A DNA stretch of 63,354 bases, counting the filler, from Licmophora abbreviata (taxonomy: Eukaryota), in the NCBI GenBank assembly GCA_900291995.1. It is 10 parts of 10 records of this genome, joined end to end, with 100 filler letters (N's around TTAATTAATTAA, not from the genome) between each part and the next. Parts side by side here need not be neighbours in the genome. Positions count along the whole stretch, not along the records: positions 1 to 3,039 come from OLMU01000600.1; positions 3,140 to 5,684 come from OLMU01000601.1; positions 5,785 to 16,311 come from OLMU01000602.1; 7 more parts are not named here. One strand, written 5' to 3'. The notes below the pieces were generated by a model that had not been told where the DNA came from, made no database searches, and saw nothing but the letters and a program-made list of their open reading frames with translations. Below, in pieces: positions 1 through 11,108 of this stretch (positions within the stretch are counted from its first letter, which is position 1; every line of letters starts with the position of its first letter). A program made the translations under genes and the position numbers.

Positions 1-113
1 GTGTTGCATCTCGTTGAACGCAGCGTCAGCGTCGAGTGCCAGTTCTGTCTTAATAACACGGCAGGGATGAATATTGCTTCCTGATAGTCGAGGAGTGCCG
101 TGTGCGTAGTAGA

Positions 114-1427
114 ATGAGCGAGAAACTTGAGGAATCCAGTGGCGTCGATGGCGACGACGGCCTGCCGGATGATGCCGTCACCAATGCTGAATCCGCGGGG
201 CATCTTCAGCCCCATCGTGTCGCAATGGCGAATCCCTATCTGAAGACTCGCAGACCGGAAGTTGCGAAAGATAGTGAAGCAACGAAGCTAATAGTGGCGA
301 CTGCTCCTCCAAAAGCGGCGCCCACTACTCGGAAACAAACTGAGAAAGACACTTCGAACACGCCAAGCGCAGTGGCGAGTGTCGCTGGCGCAGAAAGCTA
401 CCGGAAGACATTAGTAGGAACATCAGGAGACAGAAACACAACATCTGATGCCGTATGGGAGCGACTGCCTTCTCGCAACGTATCCTTCGAATCAGCCGAG
501 ATCCTGACGGTATCCGAAGTCTGCCAACACGGGCCATTGCACTATCAGAATCGCTCTGTGCGAACCACCGGTGTCGTTCTGCAAAGGCACGTTATCACAG
601 GCGGAAGTGTGGTCGGTGGTCATGCTGACAACGATATGAAAAGCAGTAAAGAAGACTCGTCGAGCGACGTGTGGATATGTTTGGTTGTCGCGGACCCCTT
701 GGATCACGAAGTATTGGCAACGACACCGTGTGGAGCAACACGACGACAGAACGGCGCATGCGCCTCGTCGGGGACAAATAAGAACCCGAATACTGCGGGC
801 ACGGCAAGGAAGCCGGCGACGCAACGCAGAACACTCTTCAGGACACCTGCAGCCAAGAAGTCGATTGGCTTTCGAGGCAGTAGCAGCCTTGCACGAAAGT
901 CGTTAATCAAGACGAGAGGACTGGCAAGCAACAAGAAACCATTGTCGCTTGTGAAGCTTCCCTTGCTGGGTTCTTCGATTAAGAAAACACCGATGCATCG
1001 TACACCAGTCAAGATGGATCCGATCACTGTCATGGCATCATGTCTGAAACACACTAAGTCGGCAGTACTGATAGTGTGTCGGCCAGAAGTTCCCGTTATT
1101 CAAGAGGCAATTTCTGGTGACTTGGCGATGGTTGTTGCAGAAGTGATACCAATACAAGAAATCGATAACAAGACACCAGATCCGCCTCTTTCGCTACAAC
1201 CTCTCTTCGAACAGATGCGAAGCGACAGTGCCGACGATTATCGACCAATATATCTGGAAGCACGTGTTGTCCGATCTGTAAAAGGTACCGACATGCGGCT
1301 ACAACAAGAGGCTCTCAACATTCGTCGCAAGTATTTGCAAGAGATACACGCCTGCGAAATACTAGATGCGGGTGCCCCCCAAGCAGGATGGGGTCCGCCT
1401 CCGTACAGCAATATTGTTAACGATTAG
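114..1427 (+). CDS. TEN1: TEN1-like OB-fold protein (CST telomere complex subunit) with long low-complexity N-terminus and internal insertion
   Basis: SVRTTGVV, VLIVCRPEVP..SGDLAMVVAEV and YLEARVVRSVKGTDMRLQQEALNIRRKYLQE match, in order, the TEN1 pattern as I recall it (LRTFGRL / VLVCTKLV..GSLYIVLGEL / KARVLTCVEGMNLPLLEQAIREQRLY); intronless; first ATG 114. Confidence 0.6.
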   Translation: MSEKLEESSGVDGDDGLPDDAVTNAESAGHLQPHRVAMANPYLKTRRPEVAKDSEATKLIVATAPPKAAPTTRKQTEKDTSNTPSAVASVAGAESYRKTLVGTSGDRNTTSDAVWERLPSRNVSFESAEILTVSEVCQHGPLHYQNRSVRTTGVVLQRHVITGGSVVGGHADNDMKSSKEDSSSDVWICLVVADPLDHEVLATTPCGATRRQNGACASSGTNKNPNTAGTARKPATQRRTLFRTPAAKKSIGFRGSSSLARKSLIKTRGLASNKKPLSLVKLPLLGSSIKKTPMHRTPVKMDPITVMASCLKHTKSAVLIVCRPEVPVIQEAISGDLAMVVAEVIPIQEIDNKTPDPPLSLQPLFEQMRSDSADDYRPIYLEARVVRSVKGTDMRLQQEALNIRRKYLQEIHACEILDAGAPQAGWGPPPYSNIVND

Positions 1428-1538
1428 AACGTTCGTCTTCATGTATGGAACCCCCCTTCTTTACGTATTCGTTTACATGTCCCTATAGTCATCACAAAAC
1501 CACCCATTTGGCCTGCCGCAACATTTTCACTCGAACTA

Positions 1539-2575
1539 TCAGACAGTACTGTTCCAATTCGCCTCGTCATGAAAGATTTCTTCCAATGTCTCTGCGCCAC
1601 CCAATGCCTGTGCAACATCATCAAAGTGGTGAAGATAGAGCTGGGTGAGCAAGTCGAGCGAGAATTTCTGTTCAGCCGCCTCGGCCTCTTGCTCCGTTGC
1701 GAAAAAGAAGTCGTCAGTCTGAGATAGTTTAAGCTCTGTCGCAGGTCCGATGGTATCCACCAACTTCCACCATACGATGTAGCATGGTGTATACTGTGCA
1801 CAATTTTTGTCCGCGTTGCAGTTGGGTGCCAAGTAGTTGGTTCCTTCTGTCGGTTGAGAAGGGTCGTCCGGTGGGCGCGTTGCATCGTGAATACAGCAAA
1901 AGCTGGGCTCGCACGCCTCCAAGCACGCCTCAAAGGAACCAGAGGCGGAATCGTACTTGTCGCATAGATCGGTCAATGGAGTTTTGGTGCCAACAGGATC
2001 ATAGCATGGAACACCTAGCAATCCATCCGAAGGGCAGTTGCCTGTACTGTATGAATAGACTGGTAAGAAGTCGACATTTCGGGTGAGCTGCCCCATATTG
2101 ATCGTCGCGGCAGGGTCAGTCGACCTGTTGTTGGCTCTGTCCTTCTTCAAGTCATTTCGACGCTTTCTTGGGCTTCTCTGTTTGAGGCCTCTTCTATTAC
2201 GTGATTCCTCTTGCTCGCCTTCCCGCTTGTATATGTCATCGACAAAGTCAAGGTCTTCGTGCTGCTGAATCATTCCCATCGAAAGCGCGGTCTTGATCAG
2301 ACGAACTTTCTTCTGGAGATACAGTGATGCATTGTGGGTTCGTGTCAGAAAATGAAAGTATGACAGATACGAATGTATGGACGCTCAATGTGATCCCAGT
2401 TCTCGACTCGACGTACCTCTCGCGTATCAAAAGACGACATGTCCCAGAAGGACGACGAGTCGTTGTCTAATGAGTGGTGGTCATTCTCACTGGATCCTGG
2501 ATGACCAAGCCGTTGCGCCCTTCCTTGTGCTACGAAACAGATAGCTGCGATAGCAGCCATCAATTGACGGGTCAT
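1539..2575 (-). CDS. Secreted Cys-rich protein of unknown function, paralog A (2 exons; intron 2313-2416)
   Basis: Signal-like MTRQLMAAIAAICFVAQGRA; GAG|GTACGT...CTCCAG|AAG splice joins FDTRE|KKVRLIKTALSMGM in frame; core ACEPSFCCIHD...NCAQYTPCYIVWWKLVDTIGPA shared with the gene at 9126-10453. Confidence 0.8.
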
Positions 2576-2909
2576 GGTGGTGCCGGTCAAGTGGGAGTTG
2601 GTCTTGGCAAAGCGGTGACGCTCCATGTACCCACCTTGAAATTTTCTCCCAACTGAGCCAGATTGAAGACGGCATCGCAATTCGCTACTGTCAAAAAGGC
2701 CCAATGTCAGACCAAGAAATCAACTGACCACGCGTCTGGCCTTTTTCCGGAATTGTGCGGTCACCAAAGGTGCGCATCAACCGAAAACAGAAGCCAGTAT
2801 CACCCTTTGTGACAACCTTGCAGAGAAGAGTATATCTTGCCGTTCCGTTCGGTTGCAGAGAAAGAAAGGGGACACAGTCATCGCACTCGCTACCTCACTT
2901 ATCGGAACC

Positions 2910-5174
2910 ATGAAGATAAGCTCCCACTCTTGCTTGCTGGGTGCAGCTGTGATGATTCGTCAAGCCTTGAGCTTCGCGCCAATCCATGCACGAATGGCTC
3001 CTCGTCGTGCCATCACCGAATTGGCCATGGCAGCCGACGNNNNNNNNNNNNNNNNNNNNNNNNNNNNNNNNNNNNNNNNNNNNTTAATTAATTAANNNNN
3101 NNNNNNNNNNNNNNNNNNNNNNNNNNNNNNNNNNNNNNNTAGGTAAGAAAAGACAGACAGGCTCTTTGTGTTTACTGCTTGCGTGATCTCACCTTATCCT
3201 ACTCGCTCTCGAAACGGCAGTACTTTGACCGAACCCAAATCACAGGGAGCGTCGCAGGCCATGCTGTATGCCACCGGACTGGCAGAAGAAGACATGGGCA
3301 AGCCACAGGTGGGTGTCTGTTCCGTGTGGTTCGAGGGAAACCCTTGTAACATGCATCTACTGGACCTTTCTGAACACGTCAAAAAGGGAGTGGTTGAATC
3401 TGATTGCGTCGGATATCGTTTCAATACAATTGGTGTCAGCGATGGCATTAGCATGGGAACCAACGGAATGCGGTATTCCTTGCAGTCACGCGACTTGATT
3501 GCCGATAGTATGGAAACGACCATGGGTGGTCAGTGGTACGATGGACTCATAGCGCTACCGGGATGTGACAAGAACATGCCGGGATGCATCATGGCTATGG
3601 GACGTTTGAATCGACCTGGAATTATGGTATACGGTGGCACCATTCGTGCCGGCAAGCAGCCGTCGAATGGGGCTTCGTTGGACATTGTCAGTGCCTTCCA
3701 AAGCTATGGAGAGTTTGTCTACGACAAAATTTCAGAAGAGGAACGTAGGGAGATTACACAACATGCGTGTCCTGGACCCGGAGCCTGTGGAGGCATGTAC
3801 ACGGCCAACACAATGGCGACTGCCATTGAAGCGCTCGGTGAGCAGAGAAGGGTAAAGAGTATGCGCACTGTTGTATCATGCATCGTCCGACTCATCTCAT
3901 ATCCTCGGTCTTCCCTGCAGGCATGTCGCTTCCGTACTCGTCGAGCTCTCCTGCCGACTCCCAGGAAAAGGTCGACGAGTGTTTGGCCGCTGGCGCCGCC
4001 ATGCGCAACTTGCTCGAAAAGGACATCAAGCCCCGTGATATCATGACCAAGGCCGCCTTTGAGAATTCCATTCGTATGGTGATGATGACGGGAGGAAGCA
4101 CGAACGCTGTGTTGCACTTAATTGCCATGAGCCGATCGTGTCAGGATCCCGCTGTGGCCATTACTCTAGATGACTTTCAACGCATTTCTGATGTGACGCC
4201 CTTCTTGGCTGACTTGAAGCCCTCCGGAAAGTTTGTCATGGAGGATGTGCAGAATATTGGTGGAACGCCAGGGATGATCAAGTTTATGATTGACAATGAC
4301 CTGTTTGACGGCGACCAACTGACCGTGACAGGCAAGACGCACAAGGAGAATCTAGCCGACTTGAACCATCCAGGCCTGACACCAGGCCAGGAGATCATCC
4401 GACCTTTGAGTGACCCGATCAAGTCGACGGGACACTTGCAGATCATGTATGGAAATCTATGCCCCGGAGGTGGAGTTGCCAAGATTACCGGAAAGGAGGG
4501 CGAAACGTTTACGGTGAGTTCTGGAGTGTCGATATGTGGACTGGTTGGCCCTGTGAAAAGCGGTCAACTCACGCAATTCTGCCATTTGTACAAAGGGCAC
4601 CGCACGTGTCTACGACAATGAGCAGCTTATGATGCGCGGCTTAGAAAACAAAGAAATTAAAGCTGGCGATGTCGTTATTATTCGCTACGAAGGACCCAAG
4701 GGCGGTCCTGGCTTGCCCGAAATGTTGACTCCGACAAGTGCCATTATGGGAGCCGGGCTTGGCGATGTCGTAGCGCTTCTTACAGATGGTCGATTCAGTG
4801 GTGGCAGTCATGGCTTTTGTATCGGGCACATTACTCCGGAAGCGCAGGTGGGCGGACCGATTGCGTTGGTGAAGAATGGAGATCCGATTCGTATTGATGC
4901 TCGATCCGACAAGCGAACGATTGATTTGTTGATTAGTGATGAGGAATGGGAGAAGCGACGATCCGAGTGGACGGCGCCGCCATTGCGTGTGAGCCAAGGC
5001 ACTTTGTTCAAATATGTGCAGAATGTAGCGACCGCGAGTGAGGGCTGTGTGACGGATGAAGTGTTGGAAAACAGTGTGAGTGCGGCGACAGCGGCTCCGA
5101 AGACACCCGCCGTGGCCGAACTGGAGGCAAAAATTGCCGAGCTCGAATCCAAGCTTGGAGCTGTGGCCAAGTAG
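2910..5174 (+). CDS. ilvD: Dihydroxy-acid dehydratase, plastid-targeted; spans the gap at 3040-3139; introns 3143-3220, 3838-3920, 4514-4595
   Basis: Leader [24 protein letters not shown]; motifs [83 protein letters not shown] introns restore the frame. Confidence 0.97.
3040..3139. other. Artificial assembly gap spacer N44-TTAATTAATTAA-N44
   Basis: Identical 100-bp N/six-frame-stop linker recurs 9 times in the window. Confidence 0.99.
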
Positions 5175-5537
5175 ACTAGGCGTTGGTCGATCGGTTGCAT
5201 AGGAGGCAGTTAGCATTGATCTAGCATGATAGTAGCGTCCTTAGGCTACAAAGTTTTGATTGAATTAGCCTACCCCTCTCAAGACAGAGAGGACGCGATG
5301 AGATTGACGATGCCTTTCGCCATCTTCAATCTCACGTCTGGCCTACTCACGGACCCATCCCGACTTCTTCGACTCGAAGTTACCTTTCGAAAGTCCACAC
5401 ACGACACGAAAAGCTACCTACGAGTGCAGGCACACGGCACAAAACCACGAGCACCGACAAAGCGTTTCCTGCCGTCTTGTTGCTGCTTCCCTTGGATTCC
5501 TTCCCTTCTCTGTCACTCGTCTATTCATCTTTCCATC

Positions 5538-6716
5538 ATGGCAGATCCTGATGCCAGCTCGACTTCCACGGTATCCTCGTTGATGGGAGCAATGAGCTCG
5601 CTGTGAGTAGCCTGTTTCTCTTGAAATTTTGGATGGAGTCATTTTGCCGTATAACTTGTACTGGAGTCTACGCATTATCCAATGNNNNNNNNNNNNNNNN
5701 NNNNNNNNNNNNNNNNNNNNNNNNNNNNTTAATTAATTAANNNNNNNNNNNNNNNNNNNNNNNNNNNNNNNNNNNNNNNNNNNNGATATCCAATGCCCCA
5801 CAGCACACTGCATGGGTGAATCGAATCGGTGGGGGGCTCGTCGTTCCATGGGATCGCGCTCGATTTGCGACGTGCGGTGTCCGTTTTCGACCATTTCAGA
5901 TCGTCTTTCGTGAATGAACACTCCCTCTGACACACAAGTCCGTTTCTCCGGCTGTACCATTACAGAAAAGACAGGTGGGACTCGAGCGGCGGCAGTCAAG
6001 TCCTGGACAATGTCTCTTCCAGCATCCCCCAAGGTACCAAGGATTACTTTAGCACCACCGGAAAGCAGCTCTTTAACCGCGAACACCTTCGCGGCGTGAC
6101 AGTCTTCTTTGGAATCGGCGAGGAACGACCCTTTTACGTGGAACGTGTGCCAACTTTGATTGTCGAACGAGTCAGACACAATGTTTCCTTCTTTTACCTG
6201 AACTATCTCCTGCTTACGGCCGTGCTGTTCATGCTAACGCTCCTGATTAGTCCCGGGGCCATTATTGGAATTGGACTCTTGGGTTTGGCCTGGCTTTATG
6301 TCATTCGAAACACCCAAGAGGGAGCGATGCAAGTTTATGGTAAGTACAGGTAGAGCTTTGGCAAGCGACACGAGTACGTTGTGTTTGTGATGTCTCTTGC
6401 GCGCGCATGTTCTAACAGTCGACGACGATTCCACCACCCCAAACAAAATACAGGCCTGACTATTTCGCAAAAGGTTGCGACGGCCATCATGGGAGTCATC
6501 AGTGTCGTTGTGCTTCTCTATGTGTTGAGCAACATTTTTTGGTGGACGCTCTTTAGCAGTGGATTCGTGGTTGGTGTCCATGCTCTCTTGCGGGATGCCA
6601 GTATGCACAAGGACGAAGATGATAAGGTCGTCATGAGCGGTGATTTGACCTTGGATGCGGTCGATCAGGAGCAAGCGTCATTCTTGAATGGTGGAGCGGA
6701 TGGTGACGCTGTGTAG
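5538..6716 (+). CDS. PRA1 (prenylated Rab acceptor) family membrane protein; introns 5603-5965 (contains a gap) and 6340-6453
   Basis: Spliced product MADPDAS...SL|KDRWDSSGG...RVRHNVSFFYLNYLLL...Y|GLTISQK...VGVHALLRD fits PRA1 motifs (RxxxNxxyFxxNY; HAxxR) with hydrophobic hairpins. Confidence 0.85.
5685..5784. other. Artificial assembly gap spacer
   Basis: N44-TTAATTAATTAA-N44; TATCCAATG occurs on both flanks. Confidence 0.99.
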
Positions 6717-7047
6717 TGAATGAAACGAGGGGAGTTGCCGTTCCGGAGATTCTTCTCCTACTTATTATAAAGAGTTCGATGAAAGTCTGCTCGTGTGTAA
6801 GACGCCGTTGCATGAGAAATTGAAACATGATGAATGCTACTATCGTGTGGGCATATATATTTATTGTAGTATAGGAAAGGCTACTGGGACCCACAATGAG
6901 TCGATCCCGCAGCCTTGTTCACCCTTACGTCCATAAGAGCTACAGTACTACCGCTCAACCATCTTGCTCGCGCTTGACGTTGTGTCCGCATGCTGCTGCC
7001 TCTTAGATTTTCGTTGAGAAAGGTCGTACAGATACGAGGTCCCCCCT

Positions 7048-8487
7048 CTAGTCGGTCGCGTCGCACACTCCCGCCGGTCCCACGGCAAACTGCGCATCGG
7101 CTTCGGGCAACGTAGGGCTGTCGAAAATGGTGGCAATGCGGTTTTCGCCACGTCCCTTGCGCAAGCGAATGCGAGTCGTCGACGCGTGAGCGACAATATT
7201 CCCACCAATAGGCTTCGTGGAGTCCTTTGCAAAGGACATACCGTCAGGATTGGCGACCACCTGATTCGAAATAAAAACGGCGACTCCGAACTCTTCCGCA
7301 AGACGAGTCAACTGACGGAGAAACTGCGCCATTTGCATCTGACGCTCGCTGAGCTCGCCTCGACCGGTGTAGTCGGTACGAAAGAGGGCAGTGGCGCTGT
7401 CCACGACCAGGAGGGCGTAGCGATCCTGCGACATGATGGCCGCTGCCATCTTGAGGAGCTCCATCTGATGTTCCGAGTTGTGGGCACGAGCGTATGCGAC
7501 ATTCTCCAAGGCGACGTTGGGGTCCATACCGAAACGCTCGGCGATACCCTGGAGACGGTTGGGACGGAATGTGCCCTCGGTGTCGATTAAATGGCCTTGC
7601 CCTCGGCACCGCCGTCCGTGACGGCCATCTGGCACGTGACGCAGAGTGTGTGGCAGAGCTGCGTCTTGCCGGTACGGAACTCGCCGAAGACTTCCGTGAT
7701 GGAGCCTGTCTCGATGCCTCCTTCCAGGAGCTTATCGAGTTCGACGGAGCCCGTCGTAAGCGTAACGAGGGACCTGGGAACACGGGGAGAGTAGATGGTG
7801 GTGTGAGAGACAAAAAGATAAACGGAGAAAGAAGTGGGGTGCCTGACCTACTCACTTGCGATCCTCGAGCGCGTCGGCCGCCGTCTTGAAGTCCATGGGC
7901 ACCATCGACTTGACAATGTCCTTGAGCTTGATGACCTTGGCCTCCGAGATGCCCTTGACATCCGTGAGCTTGCGCACCGTCGCATGAGCGACGCTCTCGA
8001 CCGTGTGGTATCCGGCGTCGTTGAGCTTCTGGATGTCGTTTGCGGCCACGCCGTGCTCTTGCAAGACATCGAGCGTCTGGTAGGCCGACACGGTGCCCTG
8101 GAGTAGCAAGCAAGACATGGTCAAAACAAGAGGGCGTTCAGTGAGTACAAGAGCTTTCCATGAGCAAAGGAGGCCGTGCGGCTTGAACGTCCTCTCTCGT
8201 CGCCTCCCTGTTCATCGGCGTCGTATCGGCGGAGCGTCAAACGTCGGATGCCCCGAACAAACCCATGGGACCTTGCTGCCATCGAGCTGCAATGCCTCCG
8301 AAACGCGGACGTCAAGGCTCTCTTTCTCGCCTGGAAACGAACGGGTATCCAAAACATGCCGCCGACACCCAGGCGCGCACCCCACGATGGGAGAACACAG
8401 ACGCACCTCCAACTCGCCCTCGGCGCCCTCTTCCGCGTACTGCTGCTGCTGCGGATCTTCGTACTGTTGCTGCTCTACTTCCATCAT
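7048..8487 (-). CDS. RAD51: DNA repair recombinase RAD51; introns 8098-8406 and 7774-7855; apparent 1-bp deletion at 7587/7588
   Basis: [19 protein letters not shown], Walker [77 protein letters not shown] where GCC ATT TAY ATC GAC is expected. Confidence 0.96.
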
Positions 8488-8650
8488 GATTGCGATAGAC
8501 TTTTCTATATGAAAAAGGGGGAGAGAATGACAAACGGATGATGTGATGGTGATGACGAGAGAACGTGTGTGTGCTCTCGTATCGCGCCATCTTTTCGGGC
8601 GTTTCTACGGAGAATTCTCGTAGGACTGTACTGAGTACGTTTTGAATATA

Positions 8651-8680
8651 CTGGGTTCTACTCATCTGGGTTCTACTCAT
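8651..8680. repeat. Perfect tandem duplication of CTGGGTTCTACTCAT (2 x 15 bp) upstream of RAD51
   Basis: Read directly: ctgggttctactcat ctgggttctactcat. Confidence 0.9.
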
Positions 8681-8897
8681 CGTCACTTTTGAATGCCATT
8701 TCCCGCGTGCCTCTCGAAGGCAAAAATGAATGCCACGGGTACGTCCACATGGCACTTGCTCGACTAGCATCAAGCATCACATCGGGCTGTAAGAATACTC
8801 TTGATGTCCCGCCATTCCTCATCAGGGACCTCGTCAGACAGACGCATATGGTATATTGAAGGATGTTCATGTGCGAGCGAACAGATTACAGATCGCT

Positions 8898-8933
8898 CCG
8901 GCACGTTCAGAACCCTAGACCGGCACGTTCAGA
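8898..8933. repeat. Direct repeat CCGGCACGTTCAGA x2, 22-bp period
   Basis: Copies at 8898-8911 and 8920-8933. Confidence 0.9.
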
Positions 8934-9125
8934 TCTCGACACTCGGCTGTTGTCTCTTCAGCGATGGGTAGGATTATACAATCTACAACGTATTCAAAGA
9001 GAATAAGCAAAAAGTCACAATTGATTGGTTTCGCCTTCTGACCCAAGCTATTCATCATTCATACGTGTTTTAGTCTTATGACCCCGCGACTCTCTCCCCC
9101 CCCCAGGTGTACACTGCTCGACCTA

Positions 9126-10453
9126 CTAAAGGGTAGAGTTCCAGTACGTTTCATTCAAGAAGATCTTGTCTGAATCGTAGTAGCTAAATGTGTCATTCAC
9201 TCTCACAATGCCGTTTTGAAAGACGAGTGCCGTATCATTGAAATGGTGAAACTGCATCTCCAGCAAGAACGTCTGGGACAGCTCACTCACATTCATGTCG
9301 TAAAACGGATCGTCCTGTTGATTAAGTCTCAATGCTATTGCAGGCCCGATTGTATCATGAAGCTTCCACCATACAATATAGCAATACGCGTACTGAGCAC
9401 AATTGAGGTCGGTGTTGCAGTTCCCGGTATATATGGCGTTCCTTGGATCCGTACTAAGGTTTGAATCTGCGTGCGTAGGAAATAACGAGTGTGAATGAGT
9501 TGAGACTTGGACTATCGGTAATTCAGACGAGATTATCATTTCGAACCTACCATGAATGCAACAAAAGCTGGGCTGGCACGCATTGAAGCATTGTCGAAAC
9601 GAGCCAGTGTCATTGTATCGATTACAAACCTCTTGTAAATTGTCCGGTGCACATGGGACTGCTTTGGAAGAGTTTCCAGCACCCGGGCAATTTCCCTTGC
9701 TGTAGTCGTAGATTGGTAAAAATGTCACGTCACCCGCTCGGTCCGGCAGGTCGTCGTCGTCGTCGAGACCAGCGGTATCGTCTGTGTCTCGATCCTCTGG
9801 ACCGGCGTCCGACTCAGGCTCGTCCATACCCATTCCTTGAACTTTCGTATCGCCCTCCTGTCCCTCTTGGGCCATTTCTGACAACTCTTCTAACAAATCC
9901 TTCTGTACTTGGGCGGAAACGGACTTTGGTCCTCGTCGCTCGCGCTGGCGTGGCTTTCGTCTTTTCAAGTTTCGTCGTTGAGCATCATCCTTTTCCGAGG
10001 AAAACGTTGCAATCAAGTATCTGTCGCGAAGTGCCTCCCAGTCCACGTGAGGTTGCACTTTCTCCAGAGCAAGAGCGGTATTGAATAGATGTCCTTTCTG
10101 TATTGAATCATGAGTGCGTGTGTGATGAGTGTGTCGACGAGACGTATCAAGCTATCTCGATACCACCGTCACTATCGCTGCTGTTTCATCTGACGCAAGA
10201 AGAGACTCAGTCCTAAACTCACCTGTGTTTTGTCAAAGGATAAGAAATCCCAGAACGGGTCCGCTTTTAGATGCGCGTAGGAATGGATCTGCTTGTTCTG
10301 CAGTAGGTCGTGGTGATGTGTCTGCTGCTGCGTTGTGTCGTCGCGTTTGCCACGAAACCCAAGCATCATGTCGATGTCATTCTCGCAGTATTGTATCATG
10401 ACGATCACAGTCATAGCCGCCGCCGCAGCAGCGTAGTGGCGTGGTCGGAACAT
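9126..10453 (-). CDS. Secreted Cys-rich protein of unknown function, paralog B (introns 10098-10222 and 9467-9550; start 10453 or 10462)
   Basis: Splicing gives FWDFLSFDKTQ|KGHLFNTALALEKVQPH and CCIH|DSNLS; core FLPIYDYSKGNCP..VPC..ACQPSFCCIHD..NCAQYAYCYIVWWKLHDTIGPA..HHFND..IFLNETYWNS matches paralog A. Confidence 0.8.
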
Positions 10454-10664
10454 GCTTGGCATCGTTCGACGGGGTGGCTGAACTGAGTAATGGATATGTG
10501 AGCGCGTTTGTTCCACCATGGTTTCACTTAGGCCCAACGATTCAGTCATTCTCAACGCCTCCAGTTTGGAATTATGTTCATGCCTGAATGTTGCATTGTA
10601 GTCTTGCGAACTGCCGATCAGGCCCAACCAAACTCATGACCCCGGAACAAGCAATGCGAAAAAG

Positions 10665-10720
10665 ATGACGTCATTTCACTTATGGATCTTCTTTGCAGCT
10701 GTCTTGAGTGACTCACTCAA
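10665..10720. promoter_or_regulatory. Candidate bZIP sites in a divergent intergenic region: palindrome ATGACGTCAT (10665-10674) and TTGAGTGA-C-TCACTCAA (10704-10720, contains TGACTCA)
   Basis: Both palindromes read directly; function inferred from CRE/AP-1 consensus. Confidence 0.35.
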
Positions 10721-11108
10721 CCATGCAGATCTTCCTACGAGAGACCATACTGATTCCTCCGTAGAAGAGAAGATACCCGGAAGTTGAAGCTACAGTGTGC
10801 GCAATCATCATCGAAGGCCTTGAAATCTGTGCTTGTTCGACGTTCTTCTCGCTTTTGCACACTGCTGTGTTGGAGGCACAACGCAGGTAGTGGGATTAGA
10901 TCGTTCTTGTTCCCGTGACAGAGTAGCACTTTTGGTGATTGAGCGGTAGGAGAAAGTGTGAAGAGAGAAGAAGGGCTCATTTTTGTCTCTTTGATTTGTG
11001 AAATAATAGAAATTGGTGACCAGTCAGTCCTCGCATTAAGTTTGCAGTTTGGGAAAAGTGCCGGTCCTTGTGGGTTTGTGAGAAAGAAATCAAACGTATA
11101 AATCAAGT

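Noticed and set aside
3084..3095. TTAATTAATTAA recurring at nine sites, as a possible repeat array or PiggyBac TTAA target
   Set aside because: Always embedded in exactly 44+44 Ns; an artificial six-frame-stop linker
7580..7600. Programmed ribosomal frameshifting as a common mechanism for the four broken genes
   Set aside because: No shared slippery heptamer or stop context, and the shifts go in opposite directions; assembly error is simpler
7244..8113. 289-aa minus-strand ORF and other long ORFs overlapping RAD51
   Set aside because: Alternative frames of a GC3-rich gene; no recognisable motifs
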